Of a stretch of DNA of 64,000 nucleotides, positions 59,665 through 64,000 are shown piece after piece. Source of the stretch: Scyliorhinus canicula (taxonomy: Eukaryota). Position 1 is the first letter of the stretch. Each line of letters begins with the position of its first letter. The position numbers and the translations under genes were made by a program. The notes under the pieces are model-generated. The model did no database searches. It was not told where the DNA came from and was given only the letters and a program-made list of their open reading frames with translations. Where the stretch lies: the NCBI RefSeq assembly GCF_902713615.1, contig NC_052166.1, positions 20,025,731-20,089,730 of the forward strand, written 5' to 3'.

Positions 59665-60125
59665 TGAGCTGGATTAACACTGCTCAGGCTCCTCACTACA
59701 AATAGTATAACACAGTATAGTGAGGAGGGATTACTGAGTGACAGTGTGAGGGAGCAGAATTAACATCAGTGGAGATACAGTCACTTAGACAGGGCACTGG
59801 GAGGAGAGGGGTTACTGAATGAGTGTGAGGGAGCTGGATTAACATCAATGGAGATACAGTCACTTAGACAGGGCACTGGGAGGAGAGGGGTTACTGAATG
59901 AGTGTGAGGGATCTGGATTAACATCAATAGAGATACAGTCAGTAACACAGGGCACTGGGGGAAGAGGGTTGTGAGTGACTGTGAAGGAGCTGGATTAACA
60001 ACAATAGAGAGAGTCAGTAACACAGGGTACTGGAGAAGGGTTACTGAGTGACAGTGTGAGGGAGCTGAATTAACATCGGTAGAGATACAGTCAGTGACAA
60101 AGGGTGCTGGGGGGAGAGGAATTGA
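59665..60125 (+). repeat. About 79-bp tandem repeat, 5-6 diverged copies
   Basis: gagatacagtca recurs at 59772, 59851, 59930, about 60007 and 60082. Confidence 0.9.
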
Positions 60126-60454
60126 GTGAAGTTCTATTTACTTTGGCCTCTCTTCAGACTGACCAGTAGCCTGAGTCGCCTGGACAGGATCGAACCCCAT
60201 CGTGAGGGGCCAAAAGGGCTCCAATTAATCATATCAGTACTCGAAACCTATAACAAATGCTTTGCTTTTAATACATAACATGCTGGAAATATAAATTCTG
60301 GCTTGCGATTACAGTATAGGAGCCAGTAGGCCCACCATCTCGGTCAGTTCTTTGCTAGGAAATCCAAAGATAATCGCAGTGCCCTGCCTATGTCCCTTTG
60401 CTTCAAATATTTCTCCACTTTTACCTCTCGGGTTCTGTATCCCACGTGGCAAAA

Positions 60455-61092
60455 TGTGGACTAAATAGCTGGCTTGCAATGCAGAACAATGCCGGCAGTA
60501 CGGGTTCAATTCCCATACCAGCCTCCCCGAACAGGCGCCGAAATGTGGCGACTAGGGGCTTTTCACAGTAACTTCATTGAAGCCTACTTGTGACAATAAG
60601 TGATTATTATCATCACGATCTTCATTCTTAAAGGATTTTAAAACAGCCACCCCTTTGTCATTGACTTATTAAAGGATACAGTGCTTACCCACTCGCCTTT
60701 TGAATTATAATTTTTTTTTAAAAATTCCAATTAAGGGGCAATTTAGCGTGGCCAATCCACCTACCCTGCACTATTTTTTGGGTTGTGGGGTGAGACCCAT
60801 GCAGACACGTGGAGAATATTTTAAGATAAAGATAGATCGTTTTTTGAAGAATAAAGGGATTAAGGGTTATGGTGTTCGGGCCGGAAAGTGGAGCTGAGTC
60901 CACAAAAGATCAGCCATGATCTCATTGAATGGCGGAGCAGGCTCGAGGGGCCAGATGGCCTACTCCTGCTCCTAGTTCTTACGTTCTTATTTATTATGAA
61001 TGTGCAAACTCCACAAGGACAGTGACCCGGGATCAAACTCGGGTCCTTGGCGCCATGAGGCAGCAGTGTTTACCACTGCGCCACCGTGTCAC
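60455..61092. mobile_element. Third-family SINE (+, to about 60612) and a short V-SINE (-, about 60712-61092) split by a CR1 3' tail (+, about 60819-60995)
   Basis: The SINE reads ...ggagaat| CR1 tail |gaatgtgcaaactcc; the CR1 tail is near-identical to 12280-12441. Confidence 0.85.
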
Positions 61093-61438
61093 CCTAACCC
61101 TTTGGAATTTTGCCACTGTCGATTTCTGTACTCCAGAAGGAACGGTTTCAAATTTAGAATTTTCCCTGGCATCATCCTGGGGAATGTACACTGTCTGCTC
61201 TCTATGGCTTTAATGTTCTATTTTAGATAATGGGGCACTCAAACAATACAAACTAACCTGACCACACCCTAATTATTGCCAGGCATTCGCTTCGCACCAC
61301 CTCTTTACTTTTGAGCTCTGCGCCAGTGTTCAAAATACTGTTGCTTAATGTTTTATGGTTTGATTCCAGCTAAACTTTCAGGGAATTAGATTTTTGAACC
61401 GCTGGCTTTCAGGTTACACAGTCCTGTTCACTCCTCAC

Positions 61439-61483
61439 CTCTCTTTTTCCAGTGATTCGAGCAGCATTGAGTTCTGCTTTCTT
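61439..61483 (-). CDS. LRSAM1: LRSAM1 exon: (R)RKQNSMLLESLEKE(R); the most 5' exon found, gene continues beyond the window
   Basis: cag|...|gtgag, 45 nt, phase 2 to 2; fits human RQKKSSEILKSLENER as recalled. Confidence 0.85.
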
Positions 61484-62320
61484 CTGAAAGAGAAGCAATT
61501 TTGTAAAAAAAAAAACTTTAATTACACCAATGACATGATAGTGAAAAGGAGAGTTCCCAGGGCAAACACACCCTCAGATCTCTCATAAAGTTCTCTCCTC
61601 GGCAGAGGGCAGCAATCTCATTTTCAATCATTTACCGCTTTTGCTCAGCTCAGCCCACTGGTTCTAGAAGGATTGGATTGGGATCAGGGGTCAAACCCAT
61701 GGCAACCAGCGAGTGTCTGCCACGATCGGGCCTTTGTCCCCTCAGCACTGCTCTTCGAAGGCCATCCATTTATTAGTCAAGCCCACTCGGAAGAGGCTCC
61801 GCCTGGAAGGGATTGTCAGCTGTAGCTGTGCACTCACCTCAAAGTCAGAAGCTCGTGGGTTCACATCCTAATCCAGAGAAGCCATTGGCCTGGTTGCCGA
61901 TCACACATATTCGCACCACTATCAAGACTGCCTATTTTGTATCTTCCATCTTAAAAACTTCATTCTTGCTTTCAAATCCCTCCTTGGACTTACCCCTCCC
62001 CATCTCGGCAACGTCCTCCGAGCCTCAATCTCTCGGCTGTTCCAATTGTGGCCTAATGTGCATCCCCGATTCTAATCACTCTACTATTGGTGGCTGTGTT
62101 TTCAGTTCCTGGACCCCATGCTCTGGAACGCCCTCCCTAACCAATCCAAGCCTCCTTTTTTACAATGCTCCTTAATCCTAACCATTTGATCAAGCTTTTT
62201 GTTATCTGATTTGTTCTTCTGTTGTTTACAGTGATATTGCTTTTGTTAAGCATCTTGGAATGTTTTACCACCCTAAATATGCTACATATATACAAGTTGT
62301 TGTTGCTTTTGACACTTTTT

Positions 62321-62668
62321 GGGGCAGCACAGTAGCATTGTGGATAGCACAATTGCTTCACAGCTCCAGGGTCCCATGTTCGATTCCGGCTTGGGTCACT
62401 GTCTGTGCGGAGTCTGCACATCCTCCCCGTGTGTGCATGGGTTTCCTCCGAGTGCTCCAGTTTCCTCCCACTGTCCAAAGATGTGCAGGTTAGGTGGATT
62501 GGCCATGATAAATTGCCCTTAGTGTCCAAAATTGCCCTTAGTTTTGGGTGGGGTTACTGGGTTATTGGGATAGGGTGGAGGTGTTGACCTTGGGTAGGGT
62601 GCTCTTTCCAAGAGCCGGTGCAGACTCGATGGGCCGAATGGCCTCCTTCTGCACTGTAAATTCTATGA
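62321..62668 (+). mobile_element. Long V-SINE (HE1-like), full length
   Basis: Head to ...ctgcactgtaaattctatga tail. Confidence 0.92.
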
Positions 62669-63221
62669 TGTAGCACAATTCTGAGGGAGTGCTGCACTGC
62701 TGGAGGAGAGATCATCAGTAGCAATGATCGTCGGAATGCCTCTGTGCTTGCAAATCCTCCCAACTCATTTCTACCAGGGTCTTCCAAGCCCAGCTTTCAC
62801 AGCAAAGTGCATTATAGCATTCATTAGGGAACTCCATCAGATGAGGTAGAGTCGGGAGGAGGCGGGGGAAAGAGAGAAGTGACAGGACATATCCCCATTC
62901 GTACAACATCGCTGCCATCTGATGAGTTTAAAGGTCCAGTTTACACATTAGTGAATGGTTCAGTGAATGGGGAGATGGGTGAGGTGGGGGAGTAGGTGAG
63001 CAGAATGGGTAAGTGGGTACAGGGATAGGTGGGCGGGTGGATGAAGGGAGTGGTCGGGTTAGGGCTAGTCTGCTTGGTTCATTCAGGTCAGGTTGGGTTG
63101 GGGCAAGTTAGGTGGCTGGGGGCTAGATGGGGGTTTGTTGGTAAGGGGGGGCAGTCAGGTCGGGATATAGGATGGTAATGTCGTCGGATAGTCAAGATGA
63201 GGTGTTTGGGGGGGGGGGGGG

Positions 63222-63264
<43 letters not shown>

Positions 63265-64000
63265 GAGACAGAGTTGTCAGTCATTTTGGTATCCAGGTTT
63301 TAGACTGGGATTTTTCTGTCTAACATTTCCTGGGTAACTATCCAGGTAAGTACTGCGGAACTCAGAGTGACAAGTTTCACAGAGGTGTCCCGGGGAGCAG
63401 GGGGATTGCCCATCAGAGGTTGAAGCTTCACGGGCAATTCCCACAGCGGTCTGTGTGTCAGGACATTCACAGATTTCTGGTGCGTATCTTTGATCGATCG
63501 CATGTCTGGTTGCCATCTATTCAGAGACCAGAAGATTTGGCCTACCATCTGATTGTTGTGTGGGGGAGATTGCAATGCACCAATCTACAACACAACACTG
63601 ATATAATACTTGGAAAATTAACTGTGATCTGCTTGGGTTGTCCTGAATTTGTGAAGGCACTATATAACTACACATTGTTCTGTTAGCATTGGATAATAGG
63701 TGTCGTAGATTGAAATCCTAGTAATGAATGGATTGCATCTAAATAGACTTTCAGACGAAGCTCCCACAATCAGTGCTGGAGCTTTGGTAACTTTCTGCTG
63801 AATCGATGTTGCGCTCCTTCTCAGGAAAGGTGCTGCGACCTGAACCTCAGATGTGGTCCAGCAAGGGCTTTGTATTATTGTAGCAAAATTTCCTCCCCTT
63901 TAGGTTCCAGTCATAAAGGCTAACATCCCGATAGTCTCTGATTATTTTGCTTTTAACCTGACAACCAGATTTTAGCAATGTGTGAATAAACCATATCAGG

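Noticed and set aside
59665-60125. Regularly spaced repeats as a CRISPR-like array
   Set aside because: The whole unit repeats with no unique spacers, there are no cas genes, and the context is a vertebrate intron. The same applies to 39640-40115.

Overview
Vertebrate genomic DNA; the SINE, CR1, Penelope and L1 repertoire points to an elasmobranch, probably a catshark-like shark (inference). Two host genes lie tail to tail. The last coding exon of FKBP15 is on + (254-331). The last 12 coding exons of the E3 ligase LRSAM1 are on - (31772-61483); I assembled them by hand, all with GT-AG boundaries and consistent phases, covering coiled-coil, SAM, PSAP and RING regions. The rest is mostly nested retroelements: a Gmr1-like Gypsy element (SCAN-bearing gag, PR-IN-RT order, tRNA-Pro PBS) split by a CR1 and a SINE; a full-length G-rich L1-clade element with an 18-bp TSD; an RPL36 processed pseudogene with TSD; Penelope-like remnants with degenerate minimal hammerhead ribozyme motifs; CR1, RTE and L2 fragments; solo LTRs; MITEs; several SINE types; G-rich minisatellites; and a 232-N gap. 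The best leads are a tandem hammerhead (retrozyme-like) unit at about 4.96-5.24 kb, a candidate spliced 3' UTR for LRSAM1, and a V-SINE lineage that appears to have switched from CR1 to L1 mobilisation. Repeat boundaries are approximate unless a TSD is given. Gene identities are recognised from memory of the human proteins, not from a database search.
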